From Dendrobates tinctorius (Eukaryota), in the NCBI RefSeq assembly GCF_039654945.1, contig NW_027361810.1, positions 9,052,001 to 9,116,000 of the forward strand: a stretch of 64,000 nucleotides of DNA, given 5' to 3'. Positions 13,217-26,389 of this stretch are shown in pieces. The notes under the pieces are model-generated. The model was not told the DNA's origin. It searched no databases and saw only the letters and a program-made list of their open reading frames with translations. Within the stretch, counting starts at the first letter, position 1, and each line of letters opens with the position of its first letter. A program made the translations under genes and the position numbers.

Positions 13217-13426
13217 GTAAGATTTGAGAAGGAGCTTGGCCTTGTGCAGATAATGGAGGACTCCAATTGAAAAAAAACAATTGCACGTTTTATATAGTTC
13301 ATTATGAAATCTCTCAAACCTCAGATTTTCACTGTGTATTCCAGTATCTTGTGCAATAGAGATGTCATGCATTCATTCAGATTGTTTGCATTAAATTCTC
13401 TTTTTTGATTTTATTTGCCTTTTTAG

Positions 13427-13518
13427 GGTAAAATGGTGCTGCAGCTCTCCAAGGAGCCATCTGCCAGGCTACTGAAACACGTTGTGCGCTGTTATCTGCG
13501 CCTGTCGGACAACCCCAG
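13427..13518 (+). CDS. CNOT9: CNOT9 exon 7
   Basis: [30 protein letters not shown]; AG/GT. Confidence 0.97.
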
Positions 13519-14367
13519 GTATACTTTAATTGTCCCATTTTTTTTTTTCCATTATTACATAGAGGTGTGTTTTTTTTTTTTTGTTTTTTTTTGTTTTTTT
13601 TTTTTTTGTATAGAGAGAGATAGATAGATAGAGAGAGATATATATATATATAATTTTCCATAAACTGACTCCACAGCTTTTATGAAATTACAAGATGTCA
13701 GGATTGTGTTAGGAGTTGTAGTTTCACGATGACAGGAGAGCCGGCTTATAATTTTTTGCTACTGCTGAACTATTTCAATTAACTGCATTGATTGATGCAA
13801 AAAATAAATAAAAACAAAATCCCTTGGAGTCGCGCACAGTTTGGACCATAAGGGTACGGATTAGACCTGGCCGTTTACATTGGTCACAATGGAAATCTAC
13901 AGATACTGGGCAATTGTCTTGTAAGGGGTTGGGGTGAGAGGGTTTCCTCTTTTTCTAGGTAACCATTTAGATGCCATGGGCACTATTGAGGAATATAATG
14001 GCTGAGTTATCCAATTTCCATCATTGCAGTAATATATAGCGGACTAGCGTCATACGTTTATGGCACTATGGGTTGCCTGGTAATGTAGGTTACACTTTGC
14101 TTAGGGGTTAAATGCAATATTTATTTTTTATTTTTTTTTTTTGCATACTGAGCTTCTAATCCCCTTCATAGACCTAAAGCTACATGACAATTCTGCCATC
14201 ACCATGGGGAGTGATTTTGGTCCTAAAAACAAACAACCTTGAGAGTCTTGTGTAAAGGGAAACGATTTGCTTTCTCCCATGAAAAGTGGGAGGTAGATTT
14301 AATAGATCAAATCACTTTGACTGTAAATAAGGGGTTTAGTCTTGCATTCCTCCATTTTGTCTTACAG

Positions 14368-14536
14368 GGCACGTGAGGCGCTGAGACAATGTCTTCCTGA
14401 CCAGCTGAAGGACACCACGTTCGCCCAGGTACTGAAGGATGACACCACAACCAAACGCTGGCTGGCTCAGCTGGTTAAGAACCTACAAGAAGGTCAAGTC
14501 ACGGACCCGCGGGGGATACCACTCCCTCCTCAGTGA
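14368..14536 (+). CDS. CNOT9: CNOT9 exon 8 (terminal); total CDS 900 nt = 299 aa + stop
   Basis: [18 protein letters not shown]...[10 protein letters not shown]; the eight exon lengths sum to 900. Confidence 0.97.
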
Positions 14537-14942
14537 CCTTGAAATGCAATGCAGCGGTGCTGATGAGCGCAGCTTCTGGGATGGCAGCGGTGCTGATGAG
14601 CGCAGTTTCTGGTATGGCAGCAGTGCGGGATTCTGTCTTCATCTGATCAGTCGGCTTCTTTTTTTTACTGAAGGCCTCTTCTGGCCCAGATATTTCATTC
14701 GCCCATTCTCAGACCGGACAGGTATTTTGTAACCAGGGACTTGGCATTCTTGTTGATCAAGAAGTGGCCACTCTAGAAACTCCTCCTGGATCTTTCAGGT
14801 CTCTGGGCCGCAGTGATCTAGTGTCATGTTTACAAACTGCTACCATATAATGGAGTCACCGGACCCACTGCAGAACCGGGACACACTCCTCGTCTGCTGC
14901 CTGACAAGCTCATAGCTGTATCCCAACTTTACAAGAAAAAGA

Positions 14943-15066
14943 AATAAAAGTTATATATTTTTCACAATGGAGATGTTAAAGTTTGCAAAATGTTTTGCAG
15001 AAAAGTACACAAGGTGTCCTAAAATAAAAAGTCATGGTTTCTTCATTTGTTGCAGGATTTAATAAA
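14943..15066 (+). terminator. Cluster of candidate CNOT9 polyadenylation signals
   Basis: AATAAA at 14943, ~15023 and 15061; more at ~15951 and ~16349. Confidence 0.4.
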
Positions 15067-16504
15067 TACTGGCTGCAGACATGGACATTCCCCCCCCCCC
15101 CTCCTTTTTCTTTTCTTAAAGGCAATTTCCTTTGCTGAAAAGAAGAGTCTTCAGTCTGTTAAATTCTGACTGCAATGCATGTTTACACAGCGCAGAACTC
15201 GAATGCATATATGAAATTTACATACTTGTCGTCAACCAGATTCTTGTTCGGCTTCTCACAATGTTCTATGGTGAAGAGTCTTGTTGGCGCATGATCACAT
15301 AGTTGCTGTCACATAACTGCCCACGTGTGCTGGGAATTCAGGGGAATTGTAACTGTGCGTGCACTGAACACTGTCATGGACCAGTAATCTGTAGACACAG
15401 AGGGACTTATTGCATCCTCTTCAGCCTGGAAATTCCTGAAAAATTGCACCTGGCAGCATTGCTGAGTTTAAAGTTTGAACCTTCCCCTTCACCTCTGTGG
15501 TTCCCTGTTCTCAAGAGGGACATGCAGTCTCTGGTCTGCCAAGGTGAAGTCATTTAGACCTGCAAGTTTTTGTTGATATGATCTAGAAATCTCATCTAGA
15601 TAGGATATTTAGGCTGCTCCAATGGTCGGCCGGAAGCTGTCTTGCAGGTCCACCGGTCGTCTGGGAGCTGCCATGTCTCGGTGCCCTCCTGTTGGATTAT
15701 TGTTCTCCTAGTTGTTGCTGAGGCTGGAGGGAGGATGACTTGAGGCTTCACGATCGGTCACCTCTGGGTTTTTAAGCATGTTTGGATGTGGGGTGGTGAC
15801 ACAAGCTTGGTTTTCTGTAAGACCGAGTCTCCTCACAGATTCCATGTCCGGTTAGATGTCAGCAGTGAGCGGATCTGTTGGATCCAAAGATGGATTTGGT
15901 AGTATCCGAGACATCTAGAAAATGAACCTTTCCATTTATGGTCTCTTAAAAATAAAATCAAGTTGAAGACCGTACATACCACGGTAAGGCTCATTCTCCC
16001 TTTCTATTTTATGACGATAATGGATCCGGTCAGACGATTATTATATCCCTATCCATCTTATCAAGAATAGGTCAGATTGGTGGTAAACATTTAGGGAGAG
16101 CCACATCATTGCCAGTACTACTGCCTTCTTTTTTTGGCAGCGAGCGTTCGCAAAAATGTCCCTTTATGTGCAAGAAAAAGATAAGTAAATCACAAATTGA
16201 GAAGATTTCCTTGTGGGCACTTCAGCAGTGCCATGTGCTGACGCAGATTCCCCGATTTCTGATTTAGGTTGAATCGTTCATGAATAGAAATCAAGACTAA
16301 ATCCAGTCCATAGTCAAATCTTTCTAGACATTTCTGCAAGTTTGACTGAATAAAAGCTCATCCTTGGTTTTGCAGGGAAGAGTTAAGGACTCAGTAGTTT
16401 TGTCGGATGATAAGGCAGCTGTCTAATATCTCCATCACCAGGAGTTATCGGGGTGCTTTATCCTGGTGACCGAATTGGAGAGCATGACATTTTGCAGAGT
16501 CTAA

Positions 16505-16842
16505 AGCCCCCGTTACACATAATGATATCGCTAGCAATATCGCTGTAATGTCACCGATTTTGTGACGTAGCAGTGATATTGCTATCGCTATGTGTGATAC
16601 CTCCGACTGGCTCCCCCGCTGCTCATCGCTGGTCGCGCGAGAACATCCTGGATCACTTCTCGTCGGGCGCTTCCTGTGGCGCTGACGAGCGACGCGGGCG
16701 GGAGGACGTCAGGATCACCGCATCTGACAGGTAAGTAGCGACCCCTGCTCTGTCGCTGGTGAGATCTGCCTGTGTGGCAGCTCACTAGCGACCACTTAGC
16801 GATGCACCAGCGATCCCGACACTGCTAAGTGTAACGGTACCC
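16505..16842. mobile_element. PIF/Harbinger-type MITE, family B copy 1
   Basis: TAA TSD; TIR ..ccgttacac / gtgtaacgg..; inverted homolog of 17249-17610. Confidence 0.8.
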
Positions 16843-17035
16843 TAAGTTTCTCGCCCAGCCTTGGGAGGAGAAGGTCAGTGAAGGCTTCCTTTTAGATCTA
16901 GGACTATTTCTGGCCTTAAGGAAACTCTCTAGGATTTTTCTCTACCTTTTACCTTTTCTAAGCACCATAGTCTAAATTTGGGGTATTTGGACATGTTCTT
17001 TAGTAGAAAGGTCCTTCAAGCAGTGTTTGCCTGCT

Positions 17036-18332
17036 GTTGTATACAGAGCTACATAAGATCCTGTCTGCAGCCACCACTAGGGGGATCTCCCTGTATACAG
17101 AGATACATGATAAGATCCTGTCTGTAGCCACCACTAGGGGGAGCTCCTTGTATACAGAGATACATGATAAGATCCTGCCTGCAGTCACCACTAGGGGGAG
17201 CACCCTGTATACAGTGATACATAAGATCTTGTCTGCAGCCACCACTAAGGGCACCGTTACACTTAGCGATGCACCAGCGATCCCGACAACGATATGGATT
17301 GCTGGTGCATCGCAGCCACACAAGCAGATCTCACCAGAGACATAGGGGTCGGGGGTCGCTACTTACCTCTCAGATGCGGCGATCCTGACGTCCTCCCGCC
17401 CGCGTCCACGCGTCGCTACTCGGCGCCGCAGGAAGTGCCCGACGAGAAATGGTCCAGGACGTTCTCGCGCGACCAGCGATAATCAGCGGGGAAGCCAGTC
17501 GGAGGTAAGTATCAGACATAGCGATATCGCTAGCAATATCGCTGCTACGTCACAAAATCGGTGACGTTACAGCGATATTGCTAGCGATATCGCTATATGT
17601 AACGGGGGCTTAAGGGGAGCTCCCTGTATACAGAGATACATAAGATCCTGTCTGCAGCCACCACTAGGGGGAGCTCCCTATATACAGAGATACATAAGAT
17701 TCTGGCTGCAGCCACCACTAGGGGGAGCTCCCTGTATACAGAGATACATGATAAGATTCTGGCTGCAGCCACCACTAGGGGGAGCTCCCTGTATGCAGAG
17801 ATACATGATAAGATCCTGTATGCAGCCAGCACTAGGGGGAGCTCCCTGTATACAGAAATCCATGATAAGATCTTGTCTGCAGCCACCACTAGGGGGAGCT
17901 CCCTGTATACAGAGATACATGATAAGATCCTGACTGCAACCACCACTAGGGGGAGCTCCCTGTATACACAGAGATACATGATACCATCCTGTCTGCAGTC
18001 ACCACTAGGGGGAGCTCCCTGTATACAGAGATACATGATAAGATCCTGACTGCAGCCACCACTAGGGGGAGATCCATGTATACAGAGATACATGATAAGA
18101 TCCTGTATGCAGCCACCACTAGGGGGAGCTCCCTGTATACAGAAATCCATGATAAGATCTTGTCTGCAGCCACCACTATAGGGAGCTCCCTGAATACAGA
18201 GATACATGATAAGATCCTGTCTGCAGCCACCACTAGGGGGAGCTCCCTGTATACAGAGATACATGATAAGATCCTGTCTGCAGTCACCACTAGGGGGAGC
18301 TCCCTGTATACACAGAGATATATGATAAGATC
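17036..18332. repeat. 57-bp minisatellite (~16 units) containing CCACTAGGGGGAGC
   Basis: Unit ctgtatacagagatacatgataagatcctgtctgcagccaccactagggggagctcc. Confidence 0.95.
17249..17610. mobile_element. PIF/Harbinger-type MITE, family B copy 2, inserted in the 57-bp minisatellite
   Basis: TAA TSD splits one satellite unit (cactaa|...|taaggggagc). Confidence 0.85.
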
Positions 18333-18358
18333 TAGTGATGAGCGAGCTTGCTCGTGTG

Positions 18359-18820
18359 TTGAAGGGAATCTGTCACCCCTTTTTTGAGATATCATATGAT
18401 ATCATTCAATTGTGTGTCACATGAGGATTCTCTTAGTACTTTTGCTTCCCCCTGACCCCGCACCTTTCATGCATAAATACCTTTTTTAAATATCGGTTCA
18501 GATGTATGTAAACCGCTGCTGTCCGGTCTGATGGGTGGGGCTTATTCACCTGCTCCCCCCCCCTCCGCCTCCCTGTCTTGCTCTATACAAGAAGAAATGC
18601 CTAGAGCAAGACAAGGAGGGGGGAGCAGGTGAATAAGCCCCGCCCATCGGACGACTGCGGCAGTTTACATACATCTGAACCGATATTTAAAAAAGGTATT
18701 TATGCATGAAAGGTGCGGGGTCAGGGGGAAGCAAAAGTACTAAGAGAATCCTTATGTGACACACAATTGAATGATATCATTATATGATATCTCAAAAAAG
18801 GGGTGACAGATTCCCTTTAA
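18359..18820. mobile_element. Near-perfect palindromic T2/Kolobok-like MITE
   Basis: agggaatctgtcacccc ... ggggtgacagattccctttaa; same termini as 46355-46884. Confidence 0.85.
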
Positions 18821-19238
18821 GGCCTGTTTCACACCAGTTTGACGTCAGTTGCAAACCGCCAAAGTGTGAAAAAACGGAAAAGTCGGATCCGCTGCAGCCG
18901 CTAAGTACTTGAAATTTAAAGGAACCGATCTCTGGAAAAGGGGAGAGAGAGAACGGCGTTTAGGGTTAAACTGCATGAAAGGGAAAATCTGCCGGGCATG
19001 CACAGTTTAAAATAGCGGTCCGCCGCTGGAAAAACGTTCCATTGTCCATCTACTCAGGACGCTAAAATTCAAACGGATCTGTCAAAAAACGGATGTGACG
19101 GACGACCATCGGTCAAAATCCGCCGCTAATGCAAGTCTATGGGGGAAAAAAACGGATCCGCCAAAAAATGGTGGATCCTTTTTTTATACAAACGGCGGAC
19201 TTTCACTGACGTCAAATAACTAAAGTGTGAAACAGGCC
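18821..19238. mobile_element. PIF/Harbinger-type MITE, family C
   Basis: TIR GGCCTGTTTCACAC, TAA TSD; related copy at 25882-26360 and a fragment at 122-250. Confidence 0.85.
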
Positions 19239-19679
19239 TAACCGAGTAACTTCGGTGTGGTCGAAAAATATGTTCGAGTCCCCACGGCTGCATGTGACGC
19301 GGCTGTTAGCTTCAAAACACGCAGGGATTACCTAACCAACGACCCTCATCTGAGCACTAAGGATAACTAGGACCAGGATGAATTTCTTTGTGACAACCTC
19401 TGTAATTTCTAATCACTAATTTGTTAATCTAATTAGATTAGAAAGGAAGGAATCGCTTTACTCAGGACGTGTTTGCCTATCAGGAGCGTGGGAAAGCAGG
19501 GTGACAGTGTCACTTGGATCTGTATTGGCATTTGCCCAGCAATAGAAATAATGCAGCTGAATGTAATTTTTCTAGAGAGGATTTTCCTTTTCTTCCTTTC
19601 CGTCCCCTGTGGAGCGTCTTGTCCTCGTAGCAGCAGCTGCTGTCATCTGAGAGTGCCTCTTTAGAATGGATGGGGAGTG

Positions 19680-19834
19680 CGGTCTGGGCAGGGCTGTGAC
19701 GCGGAGGCTTATAACACACGGAGTCCTTGACTTCCACTCACACTGCTCAGGAGACCGCGCCTGAGGCTGCAGGGAAGGACCTCATCCCAGAGGCTGCACT
19801 AAGCGGGGCTGCTGCTGACATGTGCCCGGCACAG
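19680..19834 (+). promoter_or_regulatory. PLCD4: Putative PLCD4 promoter and non-coding exon 1
   Basis: GC-rich patch with GGGCAGGGC, TGACGC, TATAA (19710), then strong donor CAG|GTAAGA at 19834; the PLCD4 ATG exon has an upstream acceptor. Confidence 0.45.
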
Positions 19835-19949
19835 GTAAGATACCGGGGCACTGCCCCTATTAGTGGCTCACTCCATCAGTATACAGAGGCAAGACACTCA
19901 AACTAGAACAGATGTGAAGTGCTGTGCTCCAGTATTCTCGGCATTGCCA

Positions 19950-20735
19950 GCTCAGGGTCTGGGCAGAAGTCGGGCTCAGTGTCAGGGCAGAGCTCGATGT
20001 TGGGTCAGATGCTGGACTTGGTGTCAGGGCAGATGCTAGGTTGGGTCTGTGGTCAGGGGTCGGGCTCACTGTTGGGGCAGATGCCAGGCTCGGTGTCAGG
20101 TCGGGTGCTGGGCTTTTGTGTTGGGGATGGTGTCAGGCTGGATGTTGGGGCAGATGCCGGGCTCAGTGTCAGGGCAGGTGCTAGGCTTTGTTTTGGGGAT
20201 GGTGCCAGGCTCAGGGCCAGGGTTCCAGCTCGATGTTGGGGCAGATGCCGGGCTCAATGTCAGGGTAGGTGCTAGGCTTTGTGTTGGGGATGGTGCCAGG
20301 CTCGATGTTGGGGCAGAGGCTGAGCTCGATGTTGGGGCAGATGCCGGGCTCAGTGTCAGGGCAGGTGCTAGGCTTTGTTTTGGGGATGGTTTCAGGCTCA
20401 GGGCCAGGGTTCCAGCTCGATGTTGGGGCAGATGCCGGGCTCAATGTCAGGGTAGGTGCTAGGCTTTGTGTTGGGGATGGTGCCAGACTTGAAATATTGG
20501 GGCAGAGGCTGAGCTCGATGTTGGGGCAGATGCCGGGCTCAGTGTCAGGGCAGGTGCTAGGCTTTGTGTTGGGGATGGTGCCAGGCTCAGGGCCAGGGTC
20601 CCAGCTCGATGTTGGGGCAGATGCCGGGCTCAATGTCAGGGTAGGTGCTAGGCTTTGTGTTGGGGATGGTGCCAGACTTGAAATATTGGGGCAGAGGCTG
20701 AGCTCGATGTTGGGGCAGATGCCGCGCTTGATGTC
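19950..20735. repeat. G-rich complex tandem repeat (~18-bp subunits in higher-order blocks)
   Basis: Recurrent gctcgatgttggggcagatgccgggctcagtgtcagggcaggtgctaggctttgt. Confidence 0.85.
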
Positions 20736-21339
20736 GGGATTTACATCATGCTCACAGGAGCTGGAAGAGCAGAATTCTGTGCAGCAGGTTCAGGATTAGT
20801 TCAGGTCTCATGGCCGCCAGTATCTGGGTTATGGGAAGATAAGAAGTTTATCCAATGACACGGTCTCTAAAGCCGATGAGAACTGATGCCAACCGCCCCC
20901 AATCTACTGGGTGTACAGAGGGCATCCTGGAAAAGTGCCCTGTAATTACACCGAAGTGCACGGGGGACCGTGAAATGGATCAGACAGAATTAGATGCACC
21001 GCTCAGCAGACAGTATCACACATGATGGATTAGATATTGCATGGATTTGGATACATGAAAGGCGTATTCTATGCGGGTTTTTTCCGCAATGAAAAACAGA
21101 AATGCTGAAAAACCCAAAATCCTGTGTAATAAAAAAAAATGCACCACACACAGGTCTAAACAAATCAAATCCATTTTGTGTTTCTTGTACGATGCTGAGC
21201 TTTGTTCATCCCTAAAAAAAACAGATAAACAGCAAAAATGCTACATGTGAACAAATTGCTCTTTCAAGTCGTTGAGATTCTGTCCTCTCATTATCCCGGA
21301 TTCCTGACATGTTATAAAATGTCCTTTCCTTACAATCTC

Positions 21340-21800
21340 CCTGAAGGAAGGGTCGACTCAGGTCAAGGAAAAAGAAAAAGGGTCCAGCTTTGCAAATTCA
21401 AGTCCAATTTATTGTTAAAAACAAGTCCAAAACAGAGCAAAAAATAGTGTGTTCACATGAGTAACAAGTAGTAGATGACGCGTTTCGAACAATAGCTTGT
21501 TCTTTCTCAGAAAACCAGGTCACCCTGTGTAAAGAATGGCTGCGGGAAATTAAGCGGTTAATAGGCGGATGACAACAGAAGAGTGATACAGTCATAATAC
21601 GGACATGATCCATAGTTGCCAAAAGTGTCTGTAACACCGAAATCAATACATAAAAATGATACATTGCAACGAGCTCTGCAGCTGTGGAAATAGCGCGTGA
21701 TCAAGAAAGGGTTAAAGGTTGCTATTCACTGAAAGCAAGCAGAGATAATGATTACAATGACGGAATGAAACGCAAAAGGGGAACCGTATTGATAGCTGTA
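21340..21800 (-). mobile_element. Penelope-like element terminal fragment (extent approximate)
   Basis: gtccagc..tttattg..gacgcgtttcg..ttctcag architecture with a hammerhead-like motif. Confidence 0.45.
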
Positions 21801-22060
21801 TGCAAAAAGTTACAAAAGACGCCACGTTTCTGTAATATTTTGCGATTTATTTTTTTTTTTGCTCATTTTCCGATGCTGCTGGAAATGACGGACGGATTTA
21901 CGATGATTTATGGCAGAAGTTCTCCTGTATACCAGCATGCAGTCCACTGTATGGGATCATTATGGGATCATCCTCCGTACAGTATTTTTACCCCAGGTTT
22001 CACCCTATTCATCTATGATGGCGGTCGCTTGGTAGGAGTGCGGTATACGGCAGTGATTTA

Positions 22061-22440
22061 GGCTGTGTGCACACGCTGCGGATTAGGTGCGGATTCATCC
22101 GCGCGGATTTTGTAAAATCCGCAGGTGAAACCGCAGGTCAAAAGACCTGCGGTTTTACCTGCGGATTGCTCTGCGGTTTTGCCCTGCGGTTTTTCATCTC
22201 CTCAAATGGAGGAGATGGCAAACCGCAGGAGAATCCGCAGAAAGAATTGACATGTCAATTCTTTCTGCGGATTGAAAACCGCAGATAATCCGCGCGGAAA
22301 ATTCCGCACCGTCTGCACTGCGGTTTTTGATTCCCATAGGGAATCATGGTACTGTACACCGCAGCAAAATCCGCTGCGGGTCCGCAGCGGCCAAAACCGC
22401 TGCGGAACCGCAGCAAAATCTGCAGCGTGTGCACACAGCC
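22061..22440. mobile_element. PIF/Harbinger-type MITE, family A copy 2
   Basis: TIR GGCTGTGTGCACACGCTGC, perfect TTA TSD. Confidence 0.9.
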
Positions 22441-23329
22441 TTATATGGCGGCGTTTTATGCAGGTCTTTACTGGCGTCCTGAGTAATCAGTATTATTGTT
22501 GGTGCAGCTGGTCCGGGCGCCGGCTGACAGATCCCATACATCTCCGCGCTTCCCGGAATCGTTACTAATCAGATTCCCTTATTTGGAGCAAGGAGCGGTT
22601 CGCTTATTGTGCTGCAATCTGGTTACTTATAATCTAATGCAATGGTCTCCAACCTGCGGCACTCCATCTATTGCAGAACTACAACTCCCAGCGTTTCCTG
22701 AGAGCCACAGCCTGCCAGAGCTTGCTGGGATTTGTAGTTTTGCAATAGTAGAAAAGTCTCAAGTTGGAGATTACTGATCTAAAGTGATTGTGATAGTGCA
22801 CTATATGCCATTCAGGGACCATGGAAAGCTGGGTGTTGCAATTACTTTAGGCATTATTTAGCACCAGTTACCTGGCATCTGTAGTTTATGGAGGAAACCA
22901 TGGTCAGCAAAAATGAAGACAAAGTCCTAATGGATTCCATTGGGTTTATGCCTTTAATTGTTCTGGGCGACGTCTGCGGCTGAAATTAAATGGAAATGTA
23001 ATAAAAGAAAATTAAGAGATTGAGCAAAATCCAGCGTGTGCCACCTGCGGCCAAAATAATTAGCTAATAAATCCTTCTATGTCAGCTCTTCTGTATGAGC
23101 TCATGGTGCAGCACTTCAGGGTGAGATTGGGGATAATATGCAAACTAATGCACAAAATGCAGCATTATTCACCGCCAGACAGTCCACAAATAGTAGTACT
23201 ATACAGTGTAAAAACAATCCCAAAAGAAGGATGACAAAATAATAGTGCTAAACTAATGACTCCATCAAGTGTCCTAATATTGCTGATTCAAGTAATGCCA
23301 TTACTACTGCCATTCAGTATGTAAATAAT

Positions 23330-25290
23330 AGTCATACAGAGTGCACTAATGCTGTCTATGTACTGGCCAATATGCACCATACAGTATGTAAATAATACCG
23401 CTATACAGTGCACTAATGCTGTTTATGTACTATACAATATGCACCATACAGTATGTAAATAATACCGCTATACAGTGCACTAATACTGTCTATGTACTGT
23501 ACAATAAGCACCATACAGTATCTAAATAATACTGCTATACAGTGCACTAATGCTGTCTATGTACTGGCCAATATGCACCATACAGTATCTAAACAATACC
23601 GCTATACAGTGCACTAATGCTGTTTATGTACTGTACAATATGCACCATACAGTATGTAAATAATACCACTATACAGTGCACTAATACTGTATATGTACTG
23701 GCCAATATGCACCATACAGTATCTAAATAATACCGCTATACAGTGCACTAATGCTGTTTATGTACTATACAATATGCACCATACAGTATGTAAATAATAC
23801 CGCTATACAGTGCACTAATACTGTCTATGTACTGTACAATAAGCACCATACAGTATCTAAATAATACTGCTATACAGTGCACTAATGCTGTCTATGTACT
23901 GGCCAATATGCACCATACAGTATCTAAACAATACTGCTATACAGTGCACTAATGCTGTTTATGTACTGTACAATATGCACCATACATTATGTAAATAATA
24001 CCGCTATACAGTGCACTAATACTGTCTATGTACTGGCCAATATGCACCATACATTATGTAAATAATACCGCTATACAATGCACTAATGCTGTCTATGTAC
24101 TGGCCAATATGCACCATACAGTATGTAAATAATACCGCTATACAATGCACTAATGCTGTCTATGTACTGGCCAATATGCACCATACAGTATGCAAATAAT
24201 ACCGCTATACAGTGCACTAATACTGTCTATGCACTGGCCAATATGCACCATACATTATGTAAATAATACCGCTATACAATGCACTAATGCTGTCTATGTA
24301 CTGGCCAATATGCACCATACAGTATGTAAATAATACCGCTATACAATGCACTAATGCTGTCTATGTACTGGCCAATATGCACCATACATTATGTAAATAA
24401 TACCGCTATACAATGCACTAATGCTGTCTATGTACTGGCCAATATGCACCATACAGTATGTAAATAATACCGCTATACAATGCACTAATGCTGTCTATGT
24501 TCTGGCCAATATGCACCATACAGTATGTAAATAATACCGCTATACAATGCACTAATGCTGTCTATGTACTGGCCAATATGCACCATACAGTATGTAAATA
24601 ATACCGCTATACAGTGCACTAATGCTGTTTATGTACTGTACAATATGCACCATACATTATGTAAATAATACCGCTATACAGTGCACTAATACTGTCTATG
24701 TACTGGCCAATATGCACCATACAGTATCTAAATAATACCGCTATACAGTTCACTAATGCTGCTTATGTACTATACAATATGCACCATACAGTATGTAAAT
24801 AATACCGCTATACAGTGCACTAATACTGTCTATGTACTGTACAATAAGCACCATACAGTATCTAAATAATACTGCTATACAGTGCACTAATGCTGTCTAT
24901 GTACTGGCCAATATGCACCTTATAGTATCTAAACAATACCGCTATACAGTGCACTAATGCTGTTTATGTACTGTACAATATGCACCATACATTATGTAAA
25001 TAATACCGCTATACAGTGCACTAATACTGTCTATGTACTGGCCAATATGCACCATACATTATGTAAATAATACCGCTATACAATGCACTAATGCTGTCTA
25101 TGTACTGGGCAATATGCACCATACAGTATGTAAATAATACCGCTATACAATGCACTAATGCTGTCTATGTACTGGCCAATATGCACCATACAGTATGCAA
25201 ATAATACCGCTATACAGTGCACTAATGCTGTTTTTGTACTGTACAATATGCACCATACAGTATGTAAATAATACCGCCATACAGTGCCTA
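23330..25290. repeat. 67-bp satellite (~29 units)
   Basis: cagtgcactaatgctgtctatgtactggccaatatgcaccatacagtatgtaaataataccgctata. Confidence 0.95.
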
Positions 25291-25881
25291 AATATAATGT
25301 ACATATTAACACTGTATTGCAAACCAAATTAGAAAACCATTAGTCCCAGATACTAGTTCTCGGAGATGAGGTCCGGTGTTCTCCATTCCTGGTGGAGTCT
25401 CTGCAGCCTGTGCCCATACTGTGAGCGGAGTCTGAGGCGAGCGGCCCTATAGCAGTTAATGGCAGCATTACAGGACAGGTCACTAAGAGTGAGGTTCTGC
25501 TTCCCGTAGAACCTTCCGTTCTTTCCTTCTCCCGGAGACGTCACTATTTATTTTTTTTACCCTATAAATGCGGCGCCTTACATTATGCAAATGTCCCAGA
25601 ATGATCCTGAGTATTGATCTCCTGAGCGATGATCGATAGCACTCAGGTCAGATCCTGGAAAGTGACGTGACGTTCACATCTGCCATACTACTCCCCCCAT
25701 CATCCTGCCGACACATCAGAGGAGGAGGATGAGAGCACTTCCCTAGCAGCTGCTATACAAGGTACTGACTGTATGTCACCACTGACTTGTCTGGCAGTAG
25801 TTCTGTGTTCTGTGAAGACAGTATCACACAGGAAAGCTTAGATACACTGGGAAGAAGGCAGTGTCACAAATGATCTGCTTA

Positions 25882-26360
25882 GGCCTCTTTCACACTTCAG
25901 TCTTTTGACGTCAGTCGAAATCCGCCCTTTTTTTTAAAGAAAAAAAAAGGATCTGTCGTTCTTTTGGCGGAATCCGTTTTTTCCCATAGACTTGCATTAG
26001 TGGCGGTGGTCATCCGTTAATTGATGGATCCGTTGGAATTTCAGCGTCCGCCGTCTTGAGTAGACGGACATAGCAACGTTTCTTGTCTGAGTTGAAAAGA
26101 CGGACTGCAACGGATCCGTCGCAGTCCGCCGTTAGCTACTATGGAAGCCTATGGGCGTCGGATTCCGCTTTTTTTAAACTGAGCATGCCCGGAAGATGTT
26201 CCTTTCATTTTATTTAACCCCAAAACCCGTTCTGGCAAAGAAAAAAATCTCTCTCTCGACTGCTATTCCTTTGAATTTCAGACACTGCTGCAACACATCC
26301 GTTTTTTCACTCTTTGACAGTTTACAACTGACGTCAAAAGGCTGAAGTGTGAAAGAGGCC
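25882..26360. mobile_element. PIF/Harbinger-type MITE, family C-related
   Basis: TIR GGCCTCTTTCACACTTCAG; flanks TTA/TAA. Confidence 0.8.
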
Positions 26361-26389
26361 TAAGATACACTATGTCACATATAACACAT

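Noticed and set aside
14551-14630. CTGATGA-containing 33-bp duplication in the CNOT9 3' UTR (hammerhead or snoRNA-like)
   Set aside because: No GAAA core or box C/D pairing; just a short tandem duplication.
17593-18395. Repetitive ORFs up to 223 aa
   Set aside because: Translation of the 57-bp minisatellite.
19919-20799. Gly-rich ORFs
   Set aside because: G-rich tandem repeat with no homology or exon structure.
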